From Octopus vulgaris (lineage: Eukaryota): a DNA stretch of 64,000 nucleotides. The stretch is taken from NCBI GenBank assembly GCA_951406725.2, contig OX597818.1, positions 4,092,001-4,156,000 of the forward strand. The letters are read 5' to 3'. The position numbers were made by a program, and so were the translations under genes. The first letter of the stretch is position 1. Every line of letters begins with the position of its first letter. This document shows positions 12,120 to 23,754 of this stretch, piece by piece. Under the pieces are notes generated by a model, which was not told where the DNA came from, made no database searches, and saw only the letters and a list, made by a program, of their open reading frames with translations.

Positions 12120-14342
12120 CTAGTTTCAGCTCACAAGCTGAGGCCATGCCATTTGGTGTTGCTAGATAATTTTACTTCACGAATGCTTTTTAACAATTGA
12201 CATTTGGTGCATGACAGTTTGATGCAGCTGCCCTCATCTGCACCTCTTGCCGCAAAGTTGGTTCATTTGGGACACCCGACAGGAAGAGGTCCAGCTTTAT
12301 TTTGAAGGCACCTACATCCACCCCATGCAAGTCTCTCAGGTCCTTCGGGAGGATATTGAAGAGGTATGGACCTCTGAAGCCCAAGCTACATCTTGATGGC
12401 AAATTTGGAGTCCTTGGCACTATGCAGTGACGCCCAGTTCTAGTATTTGTGTAACTCTCAATGGCAAAGTTTGGGACAAGTCCTTCCAGGATCTTCCAAA
12501 TGTATATTATGGCATATCTTTCTCGCCTAAGCTCTAAGGAATAGAGTCTTAATCTCTTGAGTCTTTCCCAAAAGCTTATATGCTGCACAGAGGCTATCTT
12601 CTTCATGTAGCTTTGTTGGATTGCCTCAAGTTTTGAGATTAATTTGACATTGGTTGGTGACCATAGCTGAGAGCAATAGTCAAAGTGGCTGAGGACAAGT
12701 GTCCTCCAGAGGACCATCATGGTTTCCTGGTCTCTTGTTCTAAAAGCTCTAAGAATCTATCCAGTCAGCCGCCTACATTTCATTGCCAATTTAGCAACAT
12801 GCACATGAAAGGTTGCATCATTACTCATGTAAATACCCAGGTCTCGCACTGATTGTGCTTCTGGTATTGCAATCCCTCCAGGTCCAGTGTATTTATTGGG
12901 TATTGCATTTAATTTTGCATTCTTATAGCACAAAGCTTGAAACTTTTCAGCATTGAACTGCATGCTTGTATATTTTATCCAGCTCACATTGCAGGTGCAT
13001 AGTGTCTTCAGGGTTCTGTATTACCTGTGAAACTTTTGTATCATCTGCATAACTGGTGATCGTAGCTCTCTGTGTTGCTGAGGGCATGTATGAGAGGGCC
13101 ATTATGAACAGTAGTGGTCCCAAAACTGCCCTGCGGAACACCGCTCACTATTTGCGTGTTAATTGGCTACTACCACCTGGCTTCTATCCTTCAGAAAGTC
13201 ATGAAGCCATTCTCCCAATTTTCCAACCATGCCAAGATCATGCAGTTTGTGACACATCATTCCATGATCGACTTTTCAAAGGGCTTTGCAAAGTCGAGAT
13301 ATATGACTTCCACATTTGAGTGGTTGAGCAGCTGTTTCAGCACCCAATCATAGTGTTGTAGGAGCTGAGTTACGCAGCTTCTTCCTGGTCGGAAACCATG
13401 TTGGGTGTCAGGCAATTAGTTTCCTTCTGACTATTCATCAGAGATAGGTCTGTAGTTCTTGGCCTCCGCTCTGCTACCTCCTTTATGAATAGGGCATATT
13501 TTATCCTCCTTCAGTTTTCTTGGAAGTTTGCCAGTTGCAAGGAAGCTCTGAAAGAGTGACTGCGGTGGTCTTGCTAGGACTCGCTTACATACTTTTAGAA
13601 GGATTGCTGGGAATCCATCAGGGCCAGTAGCTGAGTTTGGGTTCATTTCATCTATAGCCTTTATTACATCATCTTCCTTTATATTAATGTAATCAATCAT
13701 CATTGCCTCTGTTTTTATATCTGCACTGGTAAAGAAGTCAGTTGGATTGCTGACTTGAAAGTGCCCTAGAGGTGGAGTGAAAATACTTTTGAATTGCTCA
13801 TTTCACTTATTCTCATTGGATTTCCTGTGAGTGTACCATCTTTTTTGATGAGTGGCCCTATCCTGCAGTGCACCGAAGCTGTTTCTTTGGCAAACTTGTA
13901 GAAAGCTCTGGGGTTAGATTTTATATTGTCTATAGCCCAGGCTTCTTTGTCTGTTCTTTCTTTTTCATGGGAAAGTTTCAGACACTTTTCAATTTCCAGC
14001 AGTTTTATTTTCAGGCGGGACTTTTCACTGCTTTCAATTTTTTTGTTTAGGTGATTTGAAACTTTTGTACGCCATCTCATAAGAATTTTGTTCTTGTGTA
14101 CAGTGGCCTTTGTCTCTGAGACACATTTGTAGCATATGGCTTGCATTACAGACATGAATTGTTGAAGTGTCATGTTGATGTCCAGTGAGGAGAGACATTT
14201 AGGCCAGTTTTGTTTGAGGATCTCTTTCTCAATTTGTTTCCAGTTTGCCTTATGGAAGTTCAAGCTGGAAAGATTCTGAGAGTTTCTTGTAGGCTGCATG
14301 GTCAGCTCTACCATGTGATCCGAGAGTAGTGTCGGTGTCACT
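12120..14342 (-). mobile_element. CR1-type LINE, 5'-truncated, frameshifted ORF2
   Basis: ORFs with GPDGFPAILLK, VLGPLLFI...YADDTK, VRDLGIYM, LYSLELRRERYAIIYIWKIL. ATTTT-type tail near 12100. Confidence 0.9.
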
Positions 14343-14396
14343 TTATATATGTACGTATCTATATATATATATATATGTATTTATCTATATATATGT

Positions 14397-14640
14397 ATCA
14401 TCATCATCGTTTAATGTCCGGTTTCCATGCTAGCATGGGTTGGATGGTTTGATGGCTGGCGAACCAGATGGCTGCACCAGACTCCAGTCTTGATCTGGCA
14501 GAGTTTCTACAGCTTGATGCCCTTCCTAATGCCAACCACTCCGAGAGTGTATTGGGTGCTTTTACATGCCACCGGCACGAGGGCCAGTCAGGCGGTACTG
14601 GCAACAACCTCGCTCGAATCTTTTTACACATGCCAACGGC
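14397..14640 (-). mobile_element. RTE 3' UTR fragment
   Basis: (CAT)n plus ccatgctagcatgg terminal module next to (TA)n. Confidence 0.85.
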
Positions 14641-14689
14641 ACATTCTTATCCCCATAAAACTTTGCTTCCTTAATTCTTCTCACTTTTA

Positions 14690-17278
14690 GTTCCATATTT
14701 CGTCTTGCTTGCTTGCTAGAAAAAGAGAAAGATGGCTGCTTATAAATGCCAAAACCTTTCCAGGCGAAGAATGTACCCCACAACATAGACTGGTAGTTAG
14801 TGACTGTAGGATCAGGGCTAAGTGGATGCCCAGAAGACGACCAGCATAGAGGAGGAGGGTCTGAAGGCTTAAAGATCCTGCGAATGAACAGAGATTTAGA
14901 CATATTACTCGAAGCCTTTCACGAAATAGAAGGGGATATAGCTTCACATGGAGTAGAAGACAACTGGAGGTTTCTAAGGGACAACCTGCTGAGAGGCTTT
15001 GACCAGATCTGTGGATAGTGCAAAGTCCCCTCTCGACCCAAAATAACGTGGTGGTGGTGGAATAGTGTTGTTGACAGGGCTGTTAGAGAAAAGAAACAGG
15101 CTTGGAAGGACTGGAAGAACGTGGTAGCAGGGAGTTGTATCAGACGGCTAGAAGGGAAGCTAGGAGACAGGTTTATTTAGCCAGAGGGGAAACAAATAGG
15201 AAAAAATTTGCCAACGTTCTATGCCATGAGGATCAAAGACTTGAGGTATTTCGTGTTGCTGGAAGTGTGTGAGAGAGAATCGTGATGTTGTAGGAGACAA
15301 ATGTGTCCGCATGGATGATGGCTCTCTTGCACTAAATGAGGCTGCAAAGAGAGGTTTGGAGACACCACTATGAAAGGTTGCTGAATAAAGAACATGATTG
15401 GGGGAGAAAGAGAGAGAGAGAGTCTGCCAAATGTCAACCCAACTGAGGGACCAGCTATCCAAGTTGACAGTACCTTGGTTGATAAAACAATTAAGAGTAT
15501 GAAGACAGGGAAAGCCCCGGCCCATCAGGAATTACTGCAGAGATGCTCAAAAGAGGTATCAAGTTTTTGGATCAGTTAATGAAGGTCACGGAGAGGGTCA
15601 GTTTAGATGAGATGCAGTTTGGGTTCGTGCCAGGGGAAAAGCACCACTGATGCTATATTTCTGTTAAGACAGCTGCAGGAAATATACCTAACCTAAGATA
15701 AACCTCTGTACCTGGCTTTTGTTGACATGGAGAAGGCCTTTGACAGGGTCCCCCGATCCCTTATCTGGTGGTCAATGAGGAAACTAAGGATAGATGAATG
15801 GTTAGTGAGAGCTGTACAAGCCATGTACAGGGACGCTGTAAGGTGAGAGTTGGCAACGGGTACAGTGAAAAGTGCTGAGTAGAGGTAGGGATCCACCAAG
15901 GTTCAGTCCTCAGCCCCCTCCTATTTATCATAGTCCTCCAGGCAATAACAAGGGAATTCAAGATAGAATGCCCCTGGGAGCTCCTCTATGCTGACGACCT
16001 TGCTCTAATTGCTGAGTCACTATCAGAACTAGAGAAGTTTTAGGTGTGGAAACGAGGATTAGAATCAAAGGGTGTTAGTCAACCTAACTAAAACCAAAGT
16101 CCTAAGTAGGAAGGCAGGCAAACCACGAATCCCTTCAGGTAGATGGACCTGCTCGATCTGTAAAAATGGCGTAGGTAGAAACTCTATAAGATGTACCCAG
16201 TGTAAGCTATGGACACATAAGAGGTGCAGCAATATCAAAGGAAGGCTAACCGGGAGGATAGCTTTTGTATGTGGCAGATGCTCAGGAGCAATAAATACTG
16301 AAAATGTGCAGAGAACAACTTCCACCACATTCCAGGGAGAAAAACTAGAAGTAGTTGACAGCTTCCGTTACCTAGGTGACCAAGTCAGTAGTGGGGGTGG
16401 GTGCTCTGAAAGTGTAGCTGCTAGAATAAGAATAGCCTGGGCAAAGTTCAGAGAGCTCTTACCTCTGCTGGTGACAAAGGGCCTCTCGCTCAGAGTAAAA
16501 GGTAGACTGTATGACACATGTGTACAAACAGCCATGCTACATGGGCTGTGACTACTGAAGACATGCGTAAGCTCGCAAGGAATGAAGCTAGTATGCTCCG
16601 ATGGATGTGTAATGTCAGTGTGCATACTCGACAGTGTAAGTACCTTGAGAGAAAAGTTGAACCTAAGAAGCATCAGTTGTGGTGCGCAAGAGAGATGACT
16701 GCGCTGGTATGGCCATGTGGCAAGAATGGATGAGGATAGATGTGTGAAAAAATGCCACACCCTAGTTGTTGAGGGAACCTGTGGAAGAGGTAGAGCCAGG
16801 AAGACCTGGAATGAGGTGGTGAAGCATGACCTTTGAACATTGGGCCTCATTGAGACAATGACTAGTGACCGGAACCTTTGGAAATATGCTGTGCTTGAGA
16901 AGACTTGGCAAGCCCAAGTGAGACCATAACCTTGTGGCCTATGCCAGGGGTGTAACCAGCCCACTTATGCGTACCTTTCCTTCATTGGACACTAAACTCT
17001 GTTTGTGAAGACCTGTTGAGGCAAGTGAAATCGAAATCCATACTAGTGGAGCACTAAGAGTACCATACAAGCGTGATCGTTGCCAGAGCAACAAACTGGC
17101 ATTCATACCGGTGGCATGTAAAAAGCACCATTCGAGCGTGATTGTTACCTGCGTCGCCTTACTGGCACTTGTACTGGGGGCATGTGAAAAAGCATTCAAG
17201 CGAGGTCGTTGCCAGTCCTGCTGGACTAACTCCTGTGCACTCAAAAAGCACCATTTGAGCATGGCTGTTGCCAGTCAT
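14690..17278 (+). mobile_element. RTE LINE, degraded, with PHD insert in RT
   Basis: Frameshifted EN-RT sequence: QFGF, DMEKAFD, YADD, CSIC...HKRC...CGRC, FRYLG. 3' UTR modules at 17090-17278. Confidence 0.92.
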
Positions 17279-17315
17279 CGTAATTGTTATAATGTCTTGT
17301 TGTTGAGAGAGGCTC

Positions 17316-17407
17316 TCTTTCTTTCCTGATGAGAAGATTGCATTTTACACTGTTATTCCTTTGGAAGAAAACCGTGTTGTCTTCGAAACACATGTCGAAA
17401 GTAAAAG
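17316..17407 (+). ncRNA. Type I hammerhead ribozyme (Penelope-type)
   Basis: ctttc-CTGATGA(17326-32)-gaagat...gtcttc-GAAA(17385-88)-C-acat-GTC(17394-96)-gaaag. All core nucleotides and helices I, II and III are present. Confidence 0.8.
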
Positions 17408-17472
17408 AATTTTAATAACATCTTCGTTCAACTCCATTTATTTATTTATTTACATATATGTGTATGTGTGTG

Positions 17473-17535
<63 letters not shown>

Positions 17536-17565
17536 GCATACATACATGTACACATACCCCACAAC

Positions 17566-20551
17566 ATAGACTGGTAGTTAGTGACTTTAGGATCAGGACT
17601 AAGAGGACGACTAGAAGTCGACCAACATGGAGAAGAAGGGTCTGGAAGCTTAAAGACCCTGCAAATGGACAGAGATTCAGAGACATGTTACTTGAAGCCT
17701 TTGACGAAATAGAAGGGGGAATAGCTACACATGGGGTAGAAGATAACTGGACGCTTCAAAGGGACAACCTGCTGAAAGCCGCTGACCAGATCTGTGGCTG
17801 GTGCAAAGTCCCCAACAAAAATAACGTGGTGGTGGAACAATATTGTTGACAGGGCTATTAGACAAATGAAACAGGCTTGGAAGGACTGGAAGAACGGTGG
17901 TAGCAGGGAAGTGTATCAGACTGCCAGAAGGGAAGCTAGGAGGCATGTGTATTTAGCCAGAGGGGAAGCAGATAAGAAAAAATTTGCCAATGTTCTGCGC
18001 CGTGAGGATGAAAGACTTGAGGTATTTCGTGTTGCAAGACAGTGTGTGAGAGAGAATCGTGAAGTGGTAGGAGAGAAATGTGTTCGCAAGGATGACGGTT
18101 CACTTGCGCTAAATGAGGATGCAAAGAGAGAGGTTTGGAGACGCCACTATGAAAGGTTGCTGAATGAGGAAAATGAATGGGATAAAGAGAGTCTGCCGAA
18201 TGTCGACCCAACAGAGGGACCAGCAATCCGAGTTGACAGTTCCTTAGTAGTTAAGGCAATTACAAGCATGAAAACAAGGAAAGCCCCTGGCCCATCAGGA
18301 ATTACTGCAGAGATGCTCAAAATATCTGGTAGTGCTGGCTATAGCCTAGTCACCCATATAGTTAACCAGGTGATACACGAAGGAGTCATACCCAATGACT
18401 GGTGTAGCAGCATAATAGTCAACTGCTACAAAGGTAAAGGTGATGCCCTAGATACAAATAATTACAGAGGTATCAAGCTGCTGGATCAGGTAATGAAGGT
18501 CACAGAGAGGGTTATAGCCCAACTAATTAGAGAGAGAGTTAGCTTAGATCAGATGCAGTTTGGGTTCGTGCCAGGGAAAAGTACTACTGATGCTATATTC
18601 CTGATAAAACAGCTGCAGGAGAAATACCTAGCCGAAGATAAGCCCCTGTACCTGGCTCTTGTTGATATGGAGAAAGCCTTCGACATGGTCCCCCGATCCC
18701 TTATCTGGTGGTCAATGAGGAAACTAGGGATAGATGAATGGTTAGTGAGAGCTGTGCGAGCCATGTACAGAGACGCTGCTAGTAAGGTGAGGGTTGGCAA
18801 CGAGTACAGTGAAGAATTCCGGGTAGAGGTTGGGGTCCACCAAGGTTCAATCCTCAGCCCCCTCCTATTTATCATAGTCCTCCAGGCAATAACGGAAGAA
18901 TTTAAGACAGGATGCCCCTGGGAGCTCCTATATGCTGATGACCTTGCTCTAATTGCTGAGTCACTATCAGAACTGGAGGAGAAGTTTCAGGTGTGGAAGC
19001 AAGGTTTAGAATCGAAGGGCCTTAGAATCAACCTAGCCAAAACCAAAGTCCTAATAAGTAGGAAGGTAAACCAATCACAAACGCCTTCGGGTAGATGGCC
19101 CTGCTCGATTTGTAAAAAAGGCGTAGGTAGAAACTCTATAAGGTGCACCAAGTGTAAGCTATGGACACATGGGAGGTGTAGCGGTGTCAAAGGAAGGCTA
19201 ACTAGGAAAATAGTTTTTATCTGTGGCAGATGCTCAGGAGCAATAAACACTGAAAATGTGCAGAGACCAACTTCTACCACGTTCCAGGGAGAAAAACTAG
19301 AAGTAGTTGATAGCTTCAGCTGCCTAGGTGACCAAGTCAGTAGCAGGGATGGGTGTGCTGAGTGTAACTGCTAGAGTAAGAATAGCCTGGGCAAAGTTTA
19401 GAGAGCTCTTACCCCTGCTGGTGACAAAAGGCCTCTTGCTCAGAGTAAAAGGCAGACTGTATGATGCATGTGTACGTACAGCCATGCTACATGGTAATGA
19501 AACATGGGCTGTGACTGCTGAGGATATGCGTAAGCTTGCAAGAAATGAAGCCAGTATGCTCCGATGGATGTGTAATGTCAGTGTTCATAATCGACAGAGT
19601 GTAAGTACCTTGAGAGAAAAGTTAGACCTAAGAAGCATCAGTTGTGGTGTGCAAGAGAGACGACTGCGCTGGTATGGTCATTTGACGAGAATGGCTGAAG
19701 ATAGTTGTGTGCAAAAGTGCCACACCCTAGCAGTTGAGGGAACCTGTGGAAGAGGTAGACCCAGGAAAACCTGGGACGAGGTGGTGAAGCACGACCTTCG
19801 AACTTTAGGTCTCACCAAGGAAATGACTAGAGACCGAGACCTATGGAAGTATGCCGTGCGTGAGAAGACCCGGCAAGACTAGTGAGAACATAACCTGTGG
19901 CCTACATACCTTTCCTTCTTGGGACACAAAACTCCACGTGTGAAGACCCGTTGAGGCAAGTGAAAATCAAAATCAAACCAAATCAAATCCGATATCAGAA
20001 AGCAGAACCAAAATCGAAGTCAATCAACATCAATGGAAATTGCAGCTGTGGTACCAGTGCCAGTGACAAGTAAGCGAACCATCCGATCATGGCCGTTGCC
20101 AGTGCCACCCCGACTGGCCTCCGTGCCGGTGGCATGTAAAAGCACCATCCGTTCGTGTCCGTTGCCAGCCTCGCCTGGCCCCCGTACCGGTGGCACGTAG
20201 CACCATCCGTTCGTGGCCGTTGCCAGCCTCGCCTGGCCCCCTGCCGGTGGTACGTAAAAGCACCATCCGTTCGTGGCCGTTGCCAGCCTTGCCTGGCCCC
20301 CGTGCTGGTGGCATGTAAAAAGCACCATCCGTCCGTGGCCGTTTGCCAGCTCCGTCTGGCACCTGTACGGGTGGCACGTAAAAAGCACCCACTACATTCA
20401 CGGAGTGGTTGGCGTTAGGAAGGGCATCCAGCCGTAGAAACACTGCCAGATCAGACTGGGCCTGATGCAGCCTTCTGGCTTCACAGACCCCAGTTGAACC
20501 GTCCAACCCATACTAGCATGGAAAACGGACGCTAAATGATGATGATGATGA

Positions 20552-20553
<2 letters not shown>
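17566..20553 (+). mobile_element. Young RTE LINE, 5'-truncated; ORF2 17794-19374 + 19328-19882; 3' UTR with five modules and (GAT)n tail
   Basis: 526-aa ORF with RT motifs KAPGPSG, NYRGIKLL, QFGF, DMEKAFD, GVHQGS, LYADD, followed by the PHD and the C-terminal RGRPRKTW. Both ends lie in TA/CA microsatellite. Confidence 0.96.
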
Positions 20554-20589
<36 letters not shown>

Positions 20590-20930
20590 TCCCTAACTTT
20601 TGTTTTCACATAAGACAGCTATTATGCTTCCTCCCCACAAAAAACCACCACGTGGATTCTGTTGAGACTAGTAAGAGATAATTATGAACTTTTTTATTAC
20701 ACTTAACTTTTTAAAATAACTTTGATAAGGTTAGTTTTTGCAAGAAGAACCGTAACATGTAAAATTTCTAAGAAAATTATAATTTATCTTATATAGTGGC
20801 GTTTTCAAACTTCTTTTTTTTATAAATATATATATATATACATACAAATATACATGCATATATATACACATACATAAATATATTTATATACATATGCTAG
20901 CATGGCTTGGACGACTTAACTGAAGACTGG

Positions 20931-20985
<55 letters not shown>

Positions 20986-20992
20986 GTTGAAA

Positions 20993-21034
<42 letters not shown>

Positions 21035-21074
21035 CATATATATATATATTAGTAAGTCAATTTTTTGGCTCAGA

Positions 21075-21760
21075 AAGCAAAAGCAAGGCCATGTAGGGGG
21101 ACATGGAGTTATGTACAGGGAGGGTGTTCATGCAAAGAGTTCAGGCCATCTCTGGTCAAGAGAGACTTTGAACCGAGCAGTCGTTAGCATCTTCACTATC
21201 TCATCCGGCAGCTTATTCCACGGAACCGCAACCCGGATGGAGAAAGCCCCTCTCCTTCGATTGAGATGAAATCGTCGCAGATAGAGCTTTTCGGAGTGAC
21301 ACCGCAGCCGACGCTCTGGAGTAGGAGTGAAGAACAGCTCTTTCAAGAGGTTATACTTTCCGCTTATGATGATGTGAGCGAGAATGAGATCACCACGGCG
21401 GCGGCGTTTTTCGAGAGAATAAAGGTCAAGCGTCTTCAGCCTTTCTTCATAAGACAAATGCTTGAGACCAAGAACCATGCGGGTAGCCAGCTTCTGGACT
21501 CTTTCGAGATGATGTATGTCTTTGAGGAGATATGGAGAAGAGGCTTGAATCCTGTACTCCAATATGGGTCTCACCAACGTGACATAGAGCGGTAGGAATA
21601 TGGCTGCTGTGAGCATTCCGAATGACCGTCAAATCAAAAACAGAACTCCGCGTGCTTTGTTGGCAGCATGGACGCATTGGGCCGAAGGTGAAAAGGAAGA
21701 ATCCACCAAGATACCCAGGTCCTTTACCTGGTCGGTCTTCTCCAGCAGCAGACAACCCGA
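21075..21760 (-). mobile_element. CR1 LINE 3' fragment (second CR1 family)
   Basis: LYVTLVRPILEY...LERVQKLATRMV...LSYEERLKTLDLYSLEKRRRRGDLI. Confidence 0.9.
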
Positions 21761-22377
21761 TATATATATAGTTGAAAAATTCATTCGTGGTATAAATTGT
21801 ACCATAAACAATTATTAAAAAAATGGAAAAAAAAGATGTTGAATCAAAATTAGATTTAATACAAAAGTGGATTCAATACATATGCACGTTTCAAAAGACA
21901 ATGCAAATATGTAAGAAAAAAATTATGATCATAGTAATTATTATTAAATTTATGCATTGTCATCAGTGTGAGGAATTTTTGGAAGAACATGAAAAAAAGT
22001 TTAATAAAATAAAATGACGCAATAATGTAGAATACAGATGGGGTAATAGGGAAAATGGGATATTTACAAACAAGTTGTAAATAGTGAGAGTTGTCTCTCT
22101 CACTATTAATAATAATTGTGAGAGAGACAAAAAAGACAAAGATATATCAATGTGTATGCAAGTCTATTTGCGCAGTAAACTATAACATGAAAATAAAAAT
22201 CTAATGGATATGTTTAAAGAAATAGTAACAGGTCGAGATGAAGCATAATGTAAACAAGGCCATGTGTGTCGAGTAGAATATAATGCAACAGGTTCACTAG
22301 CAAAACAAAGCCATACAGAGTTATACATATTAATATTGAAAGACGAAAAAGAAAAATATATATTACAAGAGGCTTAA

Positions 22378-23371
22378 CCCTTTCGTTACCAAACTGCCCA
22401 AAGCCGCCCGAAAAAAATTTTGGTTAATGTGACCAAACAGCCCAAAGCCGCCCGAATTTACCTATTCATATTTAAATGAGAATATCAGAGCAAATCTCTT
22501 TAGTACATTCATGAAAACACGTATTATACTTCGTAAACAGTTCAACTACAGTTTTGTACAATAATCGAAGTGTAATTTTAATTCCGTGAATTTTGAGAGA
22601 TTCTTTTCCGAAATTTGCTATTGTGTTTTCAAAATTTGTAATTCTGACAAAAAATGGATACGAATTTCATTATATCAAGCAGCGAGTCAGAATTCGAAGG
22701 ATTTTCTACTGAAGACCTTCATAAATCTAACTCTATGACTGAAAAAAAAAAGCACATGGTATTTGATAATGAATCTGATGTTTCATTTTCCGAAAGTGAA
22801 AACAGTGAATTCGAGAGCTCCGACAGCGATAAAGAAAACGAATTGGCACCTGAATGGAGTGAAAATTTAAAAACTGTTTCTTTCAGTGATTTTTCTGAAG
22901 AAACTGGACCAAGCCACAGACTTTCCCAGAGGAGTAAAGCCTTAGACTATTTCTTTTTACTTTTTCGAATGAGCCTATTTGAAATCATTACGGCGAAAAC
23001 GAACCGTTACGCTAAACGTAAACAAAGCGAAAGAAACAATAGTTTGTGGTTTCCCATAACCTGTTGTATACCCAATTGAATATTAGCTAATAACCCATTT
23101 TCTATAGCGATGTTTGAACAAAATTTTAATTTTATATTTTGTTGAATTTACCTGTATCTACCTGCAATTAGAGTCACTTTGTGACAAAAATTATAGTATA
23201 GAATTGGTTGAGAATATTTCATTAAATTATCTTCCAAAAATCAGATTAATATATTGATAAATAAAAAAGTTATAGTTGTTTAATGAAACCAGACTAAATT
23301 TATGATTACGTTAGAAATTAATTGAAACACATAAGGGGTGTATTTTGGTCAGAAATATAGTAACGAAAGGG
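22378..23371 (+). mobile_element. Internally deleted piggyBac element
   Basis: TTAA at 22374-77 and 23372-75; TIR CCCTTTCGTTAC. ORF 22654-23079 has an acidic N-terminus and DYFFLLF...TNRYA, matching the piggyBac transposase N-terminus. Confidence 0.9.
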
Positions 23372-23754
23372 TTAAAGCTGAGAGACAAGACAATGTTTGA
23401 AAATGATACAATGTTTAAGTAAAAATGTACATACAAGCTGAGAAAAAAAAAAAGCTTAAAGAAATGCAATGATCACAGACAGCACAGGCCAGTGTATTCA
23501 AAAGAGTTCACTTACTTAAAAACTAGCCCAGGGTAGGGGAGACACTCATAAGAACAAAACCGAATATATAAAGGAGAAAATTATTAATTTACAATAGAAA
23601 AACGTATGCGCTTAACACACAAGGATATACAGTCATACATACACACATACGTGCATACACTCACACATTCACATGCAAGGGTGCATGTGTAAGGGAAGAT
23701 ACAAATAAAATAATAAAGGAGTACGTATTCACATAAGATGTATAAATATATATG

